From positions 62,001 to 126,000 of the IMG/VR virus record IMGVR_UViG_3300044796_000662: a stretch of DNA of 64,000 bases; one strand, written 5' to 3'. Position numbers and translations under genes: made by a program. This document shows, in pieces, positions 18,075 to 26,777 of the stretch. The notes below the pieces were generated by a model. That model saw only the letters and a list, made by a program, of their open reading frames with translations, had not been told where the DNA came from and did no database searches. The first letter of the stretch is position 1. Every line of letters begins with the position of its first letter.

Positions 18075-18098
18075 TTCCGGGCGGGCTTGGGTTGTAGT
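18071..18098 (+). promoter_or_regulatory. Class-1 promoter TTGATTC-N11-GGGTTGTAGT
   Basis: Exact copy; ATG 6 nt downstream. Confidence 0.8.
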
Positions 18099-18104
18099 CC
18101 AGGT

Positions 18105-18269
18105 ATGGACACGAACCTCTACAGCGCGATCGAGACGGGCCGCCTTTCGCTGGTCCTCTCGCTCGCAGCTAACCCGCCCGAGACCTACGAGAGCCACGAG
18201 AGCCAACCGGGGCCAGAGGCGGAGACTGTACGTCCCGCCTCCCGTTCCACGGAGGATGTGGCGGCCTAG
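18105..18269 (+). CDS. Small early protein, probably leaderless
   Basis: 54 aa; ATG 6 nt after GGGTTGTAGT. Confidence 0.5.
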   Translation: MDTNLYSAIETGRLSLVLSLAANPPETYESHESQPGPEAETVRPASRSTEDVAA

Positions 18270-18478
18270 TTGTCGAACGGGCGCCAGGCCAGGTGCGGCG
18301 CCTGTGCGAGGATGCTCGACCGAACGAGGTGCTCCTCGCGCTCTGCCAGCGTGCGATCGATCTCGATCTTCACCAGCGCCAGTTCTTGGAGAAGAGGGCG
18401 ATCCTGGACACGGACGAACGGGTGCGCGTCCTGCTCCTCGGTGATCTCTTGGACCTCAGGGTTGTCGCGGTAGTACAT
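18266..18478 (-). CDS. Small hypothetical protein
   Basis: 70 aa; GGAGG SD. Confidence 0.6.
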   Translation of the reverse strand: MYYRDNPEVQEITEEQDAHPFVRVQDRPLLQELALVKIEIDRTLAEREEHLVRSSILAQAPHLAWRPFDN

Positions 18479-18511
18479 GCCACCCTCCCCCTAAGGGGTC
18501 CGATAGAAGGA

Positions 18512-19006
18512 CTAGCCTCCGACGACCTTGATCTTGTGGACCTGGAGTCCGTCCTTCTCCGCCATGCGCACGGTCTTACCCGTGCCGGTCTTGTAGTTGT
18601 CGTTGAAGAACGCCACGAGGTACGTCGCCACGTCCACGAGGTAACGGTCCCGGATCGTGAAGGACTGGAAGTAGTCGGCCTTGGTGATCTCGTTGCGCAG
18701 CTCGATGACCTCGTCAGCCTTGCGCGTCCAAAAGTGTGTCTCCACCGGCTGCTTCTCGACGCGGTCAGGCACGACTACCGTGAGCCATGGCCGCTGCCCC
18801 TGCCGGAAGTAGAGCGCCGCCTGTAGCGCGATCGTGTCTCCCCCACGAGCGCCACCGAAGTAGATCGCGTCCACGCTCGGGTGCGCCACGAGGGTCTGCA
18901 TGGCGCCCTGGATGACCGCAGCATCCGAGGGCGCCAAGTCTCTGTGGGCCGTGATGCTCGCGATCTCCCAATCGAGGCGATCGGCAGGTCGCGGCCCCGT
19001 GCTCAT
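18512..19006 (-). CDS. SLOG/YspA (DprA-like) nucleotide-binding protein
   Basis: ITAHRD, FGGARGGDTIA, RDRYLVD...LVAF..GTGKTVRMA. Confidence 0.75.
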   Translation of the reverse strand: MSTGPRPADRLDWEIASITAHRDLAPSDAAVIQGAMQTLVAHPSVDAIYFGGARGGDTIALQAALYFRQGQRPWLTVVVPDRVEKQPVETHFWTRKADEVIELRNEITKADYFQSFTIRDRYLVDVATYLVAFFNDNYKTGTGKTVRMAEKDGLQVHKIKVVGG

Positions 19007-19692
19007 GCGTCAGCGGTGGGTGTGGTGAAAGACGCCTTCTTCGCCCGGATCGCGTCGAAGAGCGGGTTGCGGTAGTGGGCGCTCACCACCTGGTCGATGC
19101 GACCTCGGTTGGCGATGTACCACTGCTCGAACTGCTCGGAGGTCGTGATCATGATCAGCTCCGTGAGCAGTCCCTTCTGGACATCGTACTCCTGGAACTG
19201 CAACGGCGGCTGCTTGTAGTCCTCGGCAGCCTTGCTCGTCGCGGCCTCGGGGACCTCGCTGAGCTTCTCGGAAAGTTCGGTCACCTTGCTCGCGGCATCG
19301 AGCGCCTGATTGAGCGCCTCTCGCGCCTTGTCGGCCGCTTCCTTCTGGTTGAGGAAGGTCGAGTTCAGGAAGAGGCGCAGCGCATCGAAAGCCGTCATGA
19401 AGAGGTTGAACTGCGCCTGCGTCTGGATGCCCGGCATCTGCTGGCGCAGCGCCTCGACCATCATCTGGTCAGGGGGCAGACCGCCTGTCTTGGGAAGCGC
19501 GGGCTCTTTGTCGAGTGCCTCGAAGTCCACGATGTCCTTGAGCACCTCTCGTGCGACCTTCTCCATCTCGCCGCCTTGGCGAATGAGGAGCTTCGCGGCC
19601 TGGTTGGCGGCCTTCTGATAGGCCGTCTCCCCGTAGCGCTCCTTGATGGTGGAGAGCTGCGTCAACATCTGTTCGATCGCCGGGTGTGTCAT
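19003..19692 (-). CDS. Helical hypothetical protein
   Basis: GAGGAAG SD before MTHPAIEQ. Confidence 0.7.
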   Translation of the reverse strand: MTHPAIEQMLTQLSTIKERYGETAYQKAANQAAKLLIRQGGEMEKVAREVLKDIVDFEALDKEPALPKTGGLPPDQMMVEALRQQMPGIQTQAQFNLFMTAFDALRLFLNSTFLNQKEAADKAREALNQALDAASKVTELSEKLSEVPEAATSKAAEDYKQPPLQFQEYDVQKGLLTELIMITTSEQFEQWYIANRGRIDQVVSAHYRNPLFDAIRAKKASFTTPTADA

Positions 19693-19699
19693 CGCTTCC

Positions 19700-19993
19700 T
19701 CACGATACGGGCTTGTTCGATGCCTTCTGGAGCATCCGCTGGCGGATCTTCTCGGCCAGCGCTTCACTACCCCGTACACCGCCGCGGGCGAACTGTAGCT
19801 GGAGAAGTCCCTTCATGAGCTGCGGCCCCTGTGCCTTGTCCACGGACAGCTCCCAGCAAGCCTTGCAGTACACGTACTTGTCGAGGGGTTCCTTGCCCGT
19901 GAGCTGCGTGACGGCCTCTCGTTCACTCCCGCTGAGGACGACTTCCTTGAAGACCTCGCGGTCCCGTTTGCAGACGCAACACATGCTGCTCAT
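19700..19993 (-). CDS. Zinc-ribbon protein
   Basis: CCVC...CKACW; ATGA overlap. Confidence 0.62.
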   Translation of the reverse strand: MSSMCCVCKRDREVFKEVVLSGSEREAVTQLTGKEPLDKYVYCKACWELSVDKAQGPQLMKGLLQLQFARGGVRGSEALAEKIRQRMLQKASNKPVS

Positions 19994-20628
19994 AGGCTGC
20001 TCCCGAAGTATTGCTTGAGGACTTCGACATCGGCAGCCTCGATGTCGATCTCACCCGTGACGATCTTCTCGCCGATGAGCAAAGCAACGCTCAAGGGCAT
20101 GATGATCATGGTGATGCCGTGACGCTTGATGCTAGCGCGCACCCGTGCATGGAAGGTCTCGACTGGCTCCCGTTTGCTCACAAGCCCCGAGTCCGTGATC
20201 CGGTGGGGGTGACAGTTGTAGGGGTCTCCCGTCGAGAACGTCGTGCGACAGACCAAGGGGCGGGCATCGTAGGCCGTGCACATGGCCGTCTTCTCGTCGA
20301 GAAGGGGGCAAGGCATCATGCTGAGCAGCCAAAGCTCGTAGGGCAGATCGTAGGTGCGCGCCGCGTGCACCCTGATCGTCTCCTGGAAGGACGGTGTCCA
20401 GCGACCCCTCGCCACGAGCTGGCGGTACAGAACCGCGCCTTCCAAGGCCGTGATGTGGATCGGGTGGTAGCAACAGTGAGCGCAGCCGGACTCGCAGGAG
20501 ACAGGCTTGCCGGTCTTGGATGCCTCGTCTCGGAGCTTGCGCTCGAAGTCCGTGGAAACCTCGACTCGGGCCGAAACCACTGTGGCCAGGCTGTGCTCGA
20601 CGAGGAGGGGGAGCTTACGTCGGGCCAT
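19990..20628 (-). CDS. YkgJ-family CxxxCxxCC (Fe-S/Zn) protein
   Basis: CESGCAHCC...CPLL...CTAYDARPLVCR. Confidence 0.82.
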   Translation of the reverse strand: MARRKLPLLVEHSLATVVSARVEVSTDFERKLRDEASKTGKPVSCESGCAHCCYHPIHITALEGAVLYRQLVARGRWTPSFQETIRVHAARTYDLPYELWLLSMMPCPLLDEKTAMCTAYDARPLVCRTTFSTGDPYNCHPHRITDSGLVSKREPVETFHARVRASIKRHGITMIIMPLSVALLIGEKIVTGEIDIEAADVEVLKQYFGSSL

Positions 20629-20652
20629 GGGTGGGAGCTTTGCGTACGATCT

Positions 20653-21189
20653 TCATTCGTCTTCTCCCAGAGTATCGCCCAGAAGATGATCATACGCTGT
20701 CAGGTGCTTGGGTTCCCGTTTCACCCGACTGAACTGAGCGTCCGTCCCCTTACGGGCGATGGTGGTGAAGCGCTTCGGGATGACAACGCTGGTCTGACCC
20801 TTCTCGAACTTCACGACCACCCTTTGCGGGTGCACGAGCCTCAGCGAAGGCCGCAAGAGCAGTGCGCCCCCTGCACGCAGAGGCTCTCCCACCACCCAGC
20901 TCTGGAACTGTCGTAGCCAGAACAGGTCCCCCACTCTGTTGGGGAGCGCCACGCCCGTGACTCGGCCCGGGTTTCTAGTGCCTGGGGTCCGCACCGGCAA
21001 AAGAACGTGCGGCCAGTCCCGATACGGGTTGCACCGGACCTTGCAGTTGTCGGGGTCCGTCGTGTTGAGTGTGTCCGAGACACGACGAGTCGTGCCCTCG
21101 GCTGTTGCGACGTACGCGTTCCCGGCCTCATCCAGCCGGACCACGAGCCAGACCTTGCCCTGCATGTCAATGAGATCGCCCAGGTCCAT
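20653..21189 (-). CDS. Hypothetical protein
   Basis: 178 aa; CGGTGTTA variant motif 10 nt upstream. Confidence 0.65.
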   Translation of the reverse strand: MDLGDLIDMQGKVWLVVRLDEAGNAYVATAEGTTRRVSDTLNTTDPDNCKVRCNPYRDWPHVLLPVRTPGTRNPGRVTGVALPNRVGDLFWLRQFQSWVVGEPLRAGGALLLRPSLRLVHPQRVVVKFEKGQTSVVIPKRFTTIARKGTDAQFSRVKREPKHLTAYDHLLGDTLGEDE

Positions 21190-21211
21190 GCAGGCCCCCT
21201 AACACCGAAAG

Positions 21212-21247
21212 CAAAAGGGCTGAAGCGTTTCCGCCTCAGCCCTTTTG
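21212..21247 (-). terminator. Intrinsic terminator (possibly bidirectional)
   Basis: 12-bp inverted repeat CAAAAGGGCTGA/TCAGCCCTTTTG; on the minus strand a GAAA tetraloop and U tract; directly after the histone-like gene. Confidence 0.85.
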
Positions 21248-21260
21248 ACCTACCGTCCGC

Positions 21261-22004
21261 TCAGTTGGCGGGCGATGCTGAGGGGATCACTCCAGCTTCC
21301 TTGAGGACGTCGTCCACGTCGTCGGCCGTCGTGGTCGTGGTGACCTCGGTGGCGGCTGTCGTGGTCGTCGTCTCGGCCTTGGCCGCCTTCTTCTCGGTCT
21401 TCGCGGTGGTCGTCGCCACGTCGCGCTGGCGGTAGTAGCCCCGGCCCTTGCCCTCGACCCGCTCGAAGCTCTCCTTGAGCGACGAGAACAGGTACGAGAT
21501 GTACGCGCGGGGATCGGACGAGTCGGGCAGCCAGTTCTTGGCCTTGAGCGCCTCGTACATCTCGGAGGCGTTCATCGTCTTCTTGCCCATGACCTCGATC
21601 ATGGCCTTCTTGATCGGTGGACGGAGCCCCTGCGCGACCGCCCGGCGGCCCTGCGTTGCCCGGTTGTTGCCCTTGACCTTCGTGGCCTTGGTCGTCGTCT
21701 TGGCCGCTGCCTTCACCTTGACGGCCTTCGGCTTCGGACCCGGCTTGCGCCGTGTGGTGGTCTTGATGCCGTCCGTCTTCGCCGTGACCGTGGTCTTCGG
21801 CTTCGGACCCGGCTTGCGACGGGTCTTGGTCGGCACGCCGCCGACTGCGAAGACCTCGTCGAACTTGGCGATCCGCGCCCGGAGGGTCGCGATCTCTGCC
21901 GTGAGCTGCTTCTCGGCGCTCTGAAGCTTCGCCAGTCCGGCGGTCTTCTCGTTGAGCTGCTTCGTGAACTGTGATCTGAGTTGGTTTTCGACGCTGTCTG
22001 CCAT
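21261..22004 (-). CDS. Basic histone-like/nucleoid protein: coiled coil, K/T/A-rich linker, winged helix
   Basis: Two TRRKPGPKPK repeats and a HARE-HTH-like C-terminal domain; GAGGAG SD before ATG 22004. Confidence 0.75.
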   Translation of the reverse strand: MADSVENQLRSQFTKQLNEKTAGLAKLQSAEKQLTAEIATLRARIAKFDEVFAVGGVPTKTRRKPGPKPKTTVTAKTDGIKTTTRRKPGPKPKAVKVKAAAKTTTKATKVKGNNRATQGRRAVAQGLRPPIKKAMIEVMGKKTMNASEMYEALKAKNWLPDSSDPRAYISYLFSSLKESFERVEGKGRGYYRQRDVATTTAKTEKKAAKAETTTTTAATEVTTTTTADDVDDVLKEAGVIPSASPAN

Positions 22005-22102
22005 GACGTGTGTCTCCTCTACATCCGTTTCGGGCCGGGCCTCTGCTTCTCGATGAACACCCTTCTGGCGTCCATCAAGGCTTCGTAGGTTGGCTATCCC
22101 CC

Positions 22103-22129
22103 ACTCTACTCTTCTGGTATGGGTGTCAA
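22103..22129 (-). promoter_or_regulatory. Candidate sigma70-like promoter of the histone-like gene
   Basis: TTGACA-N15-TAGAGT in the intergenic gap; the spacer is short. Confidence 0.45.
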
Positions 22130-22430
22130 GGCTTTTCGTTGGGCCCAACGAGGTTTTGGAGAACCCTCAGATGCCTGGGGTTCTGATTCTCCTCCTTGAC
22201 GTTCGAGTAATTGCAGACGTGCACTTGAAAGCACGTGGCAATCACTCCGGGCCCAGCTTTCAGACCATCGCAGTTGTTGCAGATGTCCGTGCCGAAGTTG
22301 ACTTGGAAGCGCAGCTTGGCGGCCTCGTACTGCACGCGTTCGAACGCGCGCACCATGACGCGAGCGGCTTCATAGACCTTCTTCGGATCTCCGGTCTCGA
22401 AAGAGCCCAGAAGCTCGGCCGCGGGGTCTA
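22126..22430 (-). CDS. Cys-containing reading frame lacking an obvious start; possible frameshift continuation of 22428..22661
   Basis: Coding-like from VDPAAELL to PNEKP, with no start codon at SD distance. Confidence 0.5.
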
Positions 22431-22661
22431 CCCCTCCTGGAATTCCCTCTGGATGTCGGCGAGACAGATGATGTGGTGCTTGCGCAGGAACGCCTCTGCC
22501 TGCCCCGCCGACGCCGCCGCCTGCATTCCCTTGATGCGCGGGTCCTGGACCTTCATGGCCTTTTCCAGGGCCTTGATCATGAGGGAGTGCCACTCGTCGT
22601 GGCTCTTCGGAACCTTGACGCTGGACTTCGGGGGCTTGTTGAGTCGGCGGGCGGCTGCCAT
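22428..22661 (-). CDS. Small basic hypothetical protein
   Basis: 77 aa, starts directly after the stop of the upstream gene; GGAGGA SD. Confidence 0.6.
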   Translation of the reverse strand: MAAARRLNKPPKSSVKVPKSHDEWHSLMIKALEKAMKVQDPRIKGMQAAASAGQAEAFLRKHHIICLADIQREFQEG

Positions 22662-23090
22662 TCACGTTTCCTCCGGTTGCTTTGGCTCATCCTTCGAGAC
22701 GAAAGCGGAGACCAGTGCGAAGACGGCGTCGTACTCCCCACGGAGCTGGTCCTCGTACTCCAACATCGCTTGCATGAACTCTTCGTCCGATGCCTTGATC
22801 CGCTCCCCGTCACCTTCAATCCAGGCGACAGGAGCGCGACCGTTGCCGGCGTCGATCTGCATGCGCAGAGAGACCGCCCTCTGACGGCGCTGTTCGAAGT
22901 CGAGCACGTCCAGCTCACCGAGAACCTGGACGACCGCCTTCTGGGCATCTTCCAGGTTCTTGTGGAGATCCTTGATCAGGCTGAGCGCCTGCGGAAGAGT
23001 CTCGACCTGCTTCGCCAGCGCCTTCGTGTCGTGCTCTTTGGCCAGTCGCAGCGCTTGCTTCCTGGCGATCTTCCTACCGAACCCGCTCAT
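22662..23090 (-). CDS. Coiled-coil hypothetical protein
   Basis: 142 aa; GGAGA SD. Confidence 0.68.
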   Translation of the reverse strand: MSGFGRKIARKQALRLAKEHDTKALAKQVETLPQALSLIKDLHKNLEDAQKAVVQVLGELDVLDFEQRRQRAVSLRMQIDAGNGRAPVAWIEGDGERIKASDEEFMQAMLEYEDQLRGEYDAVFALVSAFVSKDEPKQPEET

Positions 23091-23111
23091 TTGTCTGCAT
23101 CTCCATCTGAT

Positions 23112-23558
23112 TCATTCGTCGTCTACGTTGTCGTTGAGGCCGTGCGGCTGCGCTGTTGGGGGCTGACCCGCGAACAAGTCGTAGAACGGGTACGTCCCAG
23201 GCTTGCCCTCCTGGTTCTGCGCATCCTGCTCCATGTCCACCAGCTCTTCGGTAGGCAGAAGAGTCACGTTGGTGGCGAGGTAGCGCAGATACGGATCGCT
23301 TGTGATGGCGAGGAGCTGCCGAGCCGCCATGGGATTGTGCTCCAGTGTGTATACGATCTGCGACGGCTTCATCGTGTCGAGGAGACAGATCCCAGGGCGC
23401 AGCTCATCCCCGGGGTTCGGCCCACGCTCCAACCACATGTTGTTCGTCCGGTCGAGGTCGCACATCGTGCACCACACCGGAGGGTCGCAACCGCACGGCT
23501 TCGGGTTCTCGCATCCGCATCGACGGCGGTACTTGAGGTCTCGGATGTCGTCGGGCAT
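23112..23558 (-). CDS. Cys-rich hypothetical protein
   Basis: CGCENPKPCGC...CTMC; ATG 1 nt after the upstream stop. Confidence 0.62.
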   Translation of the reverse strand: MPDDIRDLKYRRRCGCENPKPCGCDPPVWCTMCDLDRTNNMWLERGPNPGDELRPGICLLDTMKPSQIVYTLEHNPMAARQLLAITSDPYLRYLATNVTLLPTEELVDMEQDAQNQEGKPGTYPFYDLFAGQPPTAQPHGLNDNVDDE

Positions 23559-23559
23559 G

Positions 23560-23844
23560 TCAGTTCTTCTTGCCGAGCCAGTCGATCTGGAAGGTCTTCC
23601 TCCACGTGTGCCCATTCGCGCAGGTCAAGTCGGTCCGTGAGAAGACGTGCGGCTTGCGGCGCTTGAGCGAGGAGTGGAACTTCGTGGCTGGGCCTCCACA
23701 TGACCCACAGGACAAGTGGATCAAGGCGTCATGCAGCTTGTCCCGGAAGTCGGGAGGATTGAGGGTCTCCGTAGCGCCCGCGATCTCCTCGTCCGTGAGG
23801 TCCAGGGAGTTCTCTTCGGGGTATGTCTTGTAATCGAGCGGCAT
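23560..23844 (-). CDS. Small zinc-ribbon protein
   Basis: CGSCGG...TCANGH; GAGG SD. Confidence 0.62.
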   Translation of the reverse strand: MPLDYKTYPEENSLDLTDEEIAGATETLNPPDFRDKLHDALIHLSCGSCGGPATKFHSSLKRRKPHVFSRTDLTCANGHTWRKTFQIDWLGKKN

Positions 23845-23847
23845 GTA

Positions 23848-24669
23848 CTACCTCACCACCGGCAAACCCTTGGTAGAATTGCGCTTCTTGTCGGCCAGGG
23901 TCTTGTCGGCCGCGTAGCAGTAGGTGCAGCCCATCGTGCAGGTCTCGTTGATCGTGAACGGGTCCACCATGATCGCGCACCCGCACTTCTCGGCAGCCGG
24001 CTTCGGGTCCCCCTCGCATGGGACACAGACACCCTTCGTGATGCTGTGAGCCTTCAAGTCGAACCAGTTCAAGGCTGAGTCGTCGTTGCAGAGTCGGACC
24101 AGCAACCCGCTGTCGTTGCCGATCTCAGTCAACAGTCCAGCAAGGCAAGCGCGGTCCGTGGTGCTCCGAGTCTCCGGCACCATGTCGTTCGGCTGGAGGA
24201 ACGACAGGAAGACGGTCTTGATCTTGGCGGCACCGGCCACGAGGGCGATGCGAGAGAACCGCTCGACGACGTTCTCCACGACTGGAACAGGAGAGAATCG
24301 CCAAGTCACGTTCTCGGCTCCGAAGACCATCACCGCGTCTTCGAGCATCCAGAGGGCGTCCTTGAGCAGCGGTGCCCCCTTCTCGACCTCTTCCCAGCCC
24401 GTGATGGTCATGTGAACCTTGACCTGGTAGGGCTTGAGCAGGTGGCGATCGAGAAGCAGGTTGCGGGGGTCCTTGGTCCAGAAGACAAGCGAGTGGGTGT
24501 CCTCCGGCTTCAGCGACCAACGCTCGGGAACCGCCGTCCGGGGGTCGAACGCTTCCATCTGGCCCGCGTTGAGGGACGCCTTGAACCACTCCCATTTGGC
24601 CGCGGGCAGGTCTGTCCAGCGCGACAGACTGTAAGGTACCGCTTCCAAACGTCCGGATCGAATGAGCAT
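23848..24669 (-). CDS. DUF1848-like (spore photoproduct lyase-related radical SAM) protein
   Basis: SLSRWTDLP, VFWTKDP, WRFSP, C-terminal CTMGCTYCYA. Confidence 0.8.
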   Translation of the reverse strand: MLIRSGRLEAVPYSLSRWTDLPAAKWEWFKASLNAGQMEAFDPRTAVPERWSLKPEDTHSLVFWTKDPRNLLLDRHLLKPYQVKVHMTITGWEEVEKGAPLLKDALWMLEDAVMVFGAENVTWRFSPVPVVENVVERFSRIALVAGAAKIKTVFLSFLQPNDMVPETRSTTDRACLAGLLTEIGNDSGLLVRLCNDDSALNWFDLKAHSITKGVCVPCEGDPKPAAEKCGCAIMVDPFTINETCTMGCTYCYAADKTLADKKRNSTKGLPVVR

Positions 24670-24698
24670 CCTGGCGACCCCTTACACCGGGTCGGGGG

Positions 24699-25607
24699 TC
24701 ATTCAGCCTCGGCAGCGGCCTCCAAAGCCTCCTGGACCGTCTCGGGCTCCAGTTCCTTCAGCTCCTTGGCGACAGCGGCCGCGATCAACATCTGGAAGAC
24801 CTCATCCGGATCCACGTGATCCGACTTCTGGTCCTGCGTCGCGATTCGCTCCATCAGCTCGGAGAACAGCTCAATCGAGTGGTGCCCGATGTGAGCGATC
24901 TCCTCGAACGTCGGTAGGTGCTCCAGACGCTTGACCACGGCTTTGATGGCGATCTTCTTGGCCGTGCTCGAAATGAACGAGCCCATGACGCCCTTGGCCA
25001 GGAGACCCGCTCCGGCGCCGATCCCCGCCCCGAGCGCCCCTGCGGCCGTAGCGATGGCAACGTGAGTCGCCACCTTGCGGAACGCCGCCTTCTGGTGCTT
25101 GGACATCGGCTTGCCCTTCATCCAAGCGCTGACACCCTGCCCGGCCTCCTTGAACTCGTGGACCTCTTCCTTGGCGGCGTCCCAGGCGTTCTTGACGAAC
25201 TTGGTGGGCGCTTCCGTGATGGACTTGTGCGCCGACATGAGGGTCTTGAAGCGGAACTCCTCGTCGTGGACGAACTTCTGGACCTTCTCGGGGGCCGACG
25301 CCAAGAAGGACTTGGCCTTCGAGGACAGGCCCTTCATGACGTCCTTCCAAGACGACTTGGGCTTCTTGTCCTTGTGCTCGTCCTTGTGCTCGTGCTCGTG
25401 CTCGTGCTCGTCCTTGGCCTCACCCTCCGGCTTCTTCTCGTGCTCGCCCGGCTTCTTGACCGTGTGCTTGCTCTTGTCCGCGTCGGGGTGGTCGTGGAGG
25501 TACTTCTTCAGCGCCTCAGGCGAAGAGAACTCGAACGCTCGCTGGTATCGCGCGGCCACCCGCAGCGACAACCCCAGCTCGATTGCCCAACGCCCCGACG
25601 CGTTCAT
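24699..25607 (-). CDS. Putative virion/ejected protein with RVAARY leader, His/Glu tract and hydrophobic segment
   Basis: LSLRVAARYQRA, KDEHEHEHEHKD, AVAIATAAGALGAGIGAG; ATGA overlap. Confidence 0.7.
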   Translation of the reverse strand: MNASGRWAIELGLSLRVAARYQRAFEFSSPEALKKYLHDHPDADKSKHTVKKPGEHEKKPEGEAKDEHEHEHEHKDEHKDKKPKSSWKDVMKGLSSKAKSFLASAPEKVQKFVHDEEFRFKTLMSAHKSITEAPTKFVKNAWDAAKEEVHEFKEAGQGVSAWMKGKPMSKHQKAAFRKVATHVAIATAAGALGAGIGAGAGLLAKGVMGSFISSTAKKIAIKAVVKRLEHLPTFEEIAHIGHHSIELFSELMERIATQDQKSDHVDPDEVFQMLIAAAVAKELKELEPETVQEALEAAAEAE

Positions 25608-25996
25608 CGGCGGTAGGTCTTGGCGAAGTGGCTGGACATCGGCTTCCCGTTCTCTTCCGCCGGCATGGGCGTGTCCGTGGGGATGATGTTGTCCATTCCT
25701 TCCTTCTTGCCGCCGGGCGTGTCGCCCTTGTTCTTCATGGACCAGGCCAGAGCCCAAGGGTTGTCGATCTCGTCATGCTTCTTCATCTTCTTGACGGTGT
25801 TCTCCCAACCGGGGGGCGCCACCGCGACCTGATCCATCTCGCCAGCCATGGGGGTCGGCCGAGAGATCGAAGCCTCTTCGTCGGCCTCCATCTCGGCATC
25901 GACGTACTCCGCCAGGTGCTCTTCGAGCAGGGGATTCTGCGCCTTCTTTTCCAGGAAACGCGCTGCTACACGTGCCGAAAGGGCCAGCTTGCTCAT
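25604..25996 (-). CDS. Putative virion protein with RVAARF leader
   Basis: MSKLALSARVAARFLEKKA; NPWALAWSM motif. Confidence 0.7.
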   Translation of the reverse strand: MSKLALSARVAARFLEKKAQNPLLEEHLAEYVDAEMEADEEASISRPTPMAGEMDQVAVAPPGWENTVKKMKKHDEIDNPWALAWSMKNKGDTPGGKKEGMDNIIPTDTPMPAEENGKPMSSHFAKTYRR

Positions 25997-26025
25997 GGGG
26001 CTACCACTCCTCGGGCATAGAAGGA

Positions 26026-26754
26026 CTAGACAAGCCCGTCCTCATCCAGCGCGCGGTAAACGGCCTTGAGGATGAGTGCCTTGTTCTGGGGCGTCAGGTG
26101 GTCCCGGATCTGGCGCCACTTGGGGAGCATGTCCAACACCTTGTTGACGAACTCCTGGGGAGAGGCGTGCGGCATCACGCGCTTGCGGTAGCCGGGGGCG
26201 ATGTTCCGCAGGTTGTCCACGATTTGCTGCATGTACGCGCGGACCTCGTGGGGCGAGTTGTAGTACCTGTCCGCGCTCTCCGGATCGGAGAGCACTGCAC
26301 TCTCCTGGACCAGGTCCTTGTGCGAGTGGTACCACCACTCGGCAGCATGCGTGAGTTCGTGGATCAGGTCGTTGAAGATGAGGTTCGACAGCGTGTGCGT
26401 GTCCACGTAATCGCCGTAGGTCTTGCTTCCGTTCAGACGGATCACAAGGTGTAGGTCCCCATCTTCGAGCAGGTCTGCCCTACGGATGTACGCGCCCGTG
26501 ATGAGCTGGTCGCTTTGGGAAGGCTCCGACGAGAAGGCGCCGTCGATGCGCATATCGTCCCCCCGCACGGACTTGATCTTCCAGGACCATGCGAGAACCT
26601 GAGAGTCGTGCCCAAGCTGCATGTCCTGCGGCTGGCGGCGGCAGTGGTCCTCAACCTTCTTGCCCAGCTCCTCGGCGAGCTGACGGATCTCACCCTTGTC
26701 CAGGGGGATCGGCCGGGTCGCGTACCGTGCGGCTACACGTAGGGTGAGCGTCAC
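26026..26754 (-). CDS. HExxH metallopeptidase-like protein with RVAARY leader
   Basis: LIHELTHAAE...YYNSPHEVRAY; paralog of the N-terminal module of 9385..11637. Confidence 0.75.
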   Translation of the reverse strand: MTLTLRVAARYATRPIPLDKGEIRQLAEELGKKVEDHCRRQPQDMQLGHDSQVLAWSWKIKSVRGDDMRIDGAFSSEPSQSDQLITGAYIRRADLLEDGDLHLVIRLNGSKTYGDYVDTHTLSNLIFNDLIHELTHAAEWWYHSHKDLVQESAVLSDPESADRYYNSPHEVRAYMQQIVDNLRNIAPGYRKRVMPHASPQEFVNKVLDMLPKWRQIRDHLTPQNKALILKAVYRALDEDGLV

Positions 26755-26777
26755 AAGGAAGAGGCGAGATAGGAAGA

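Noticed and set aside
25371-25414. Short tandem repeat (TCGTGC)n
   Set aside because: Encodes the EHEHEH tract; no spacers, so not CRISPR or a contingency locus
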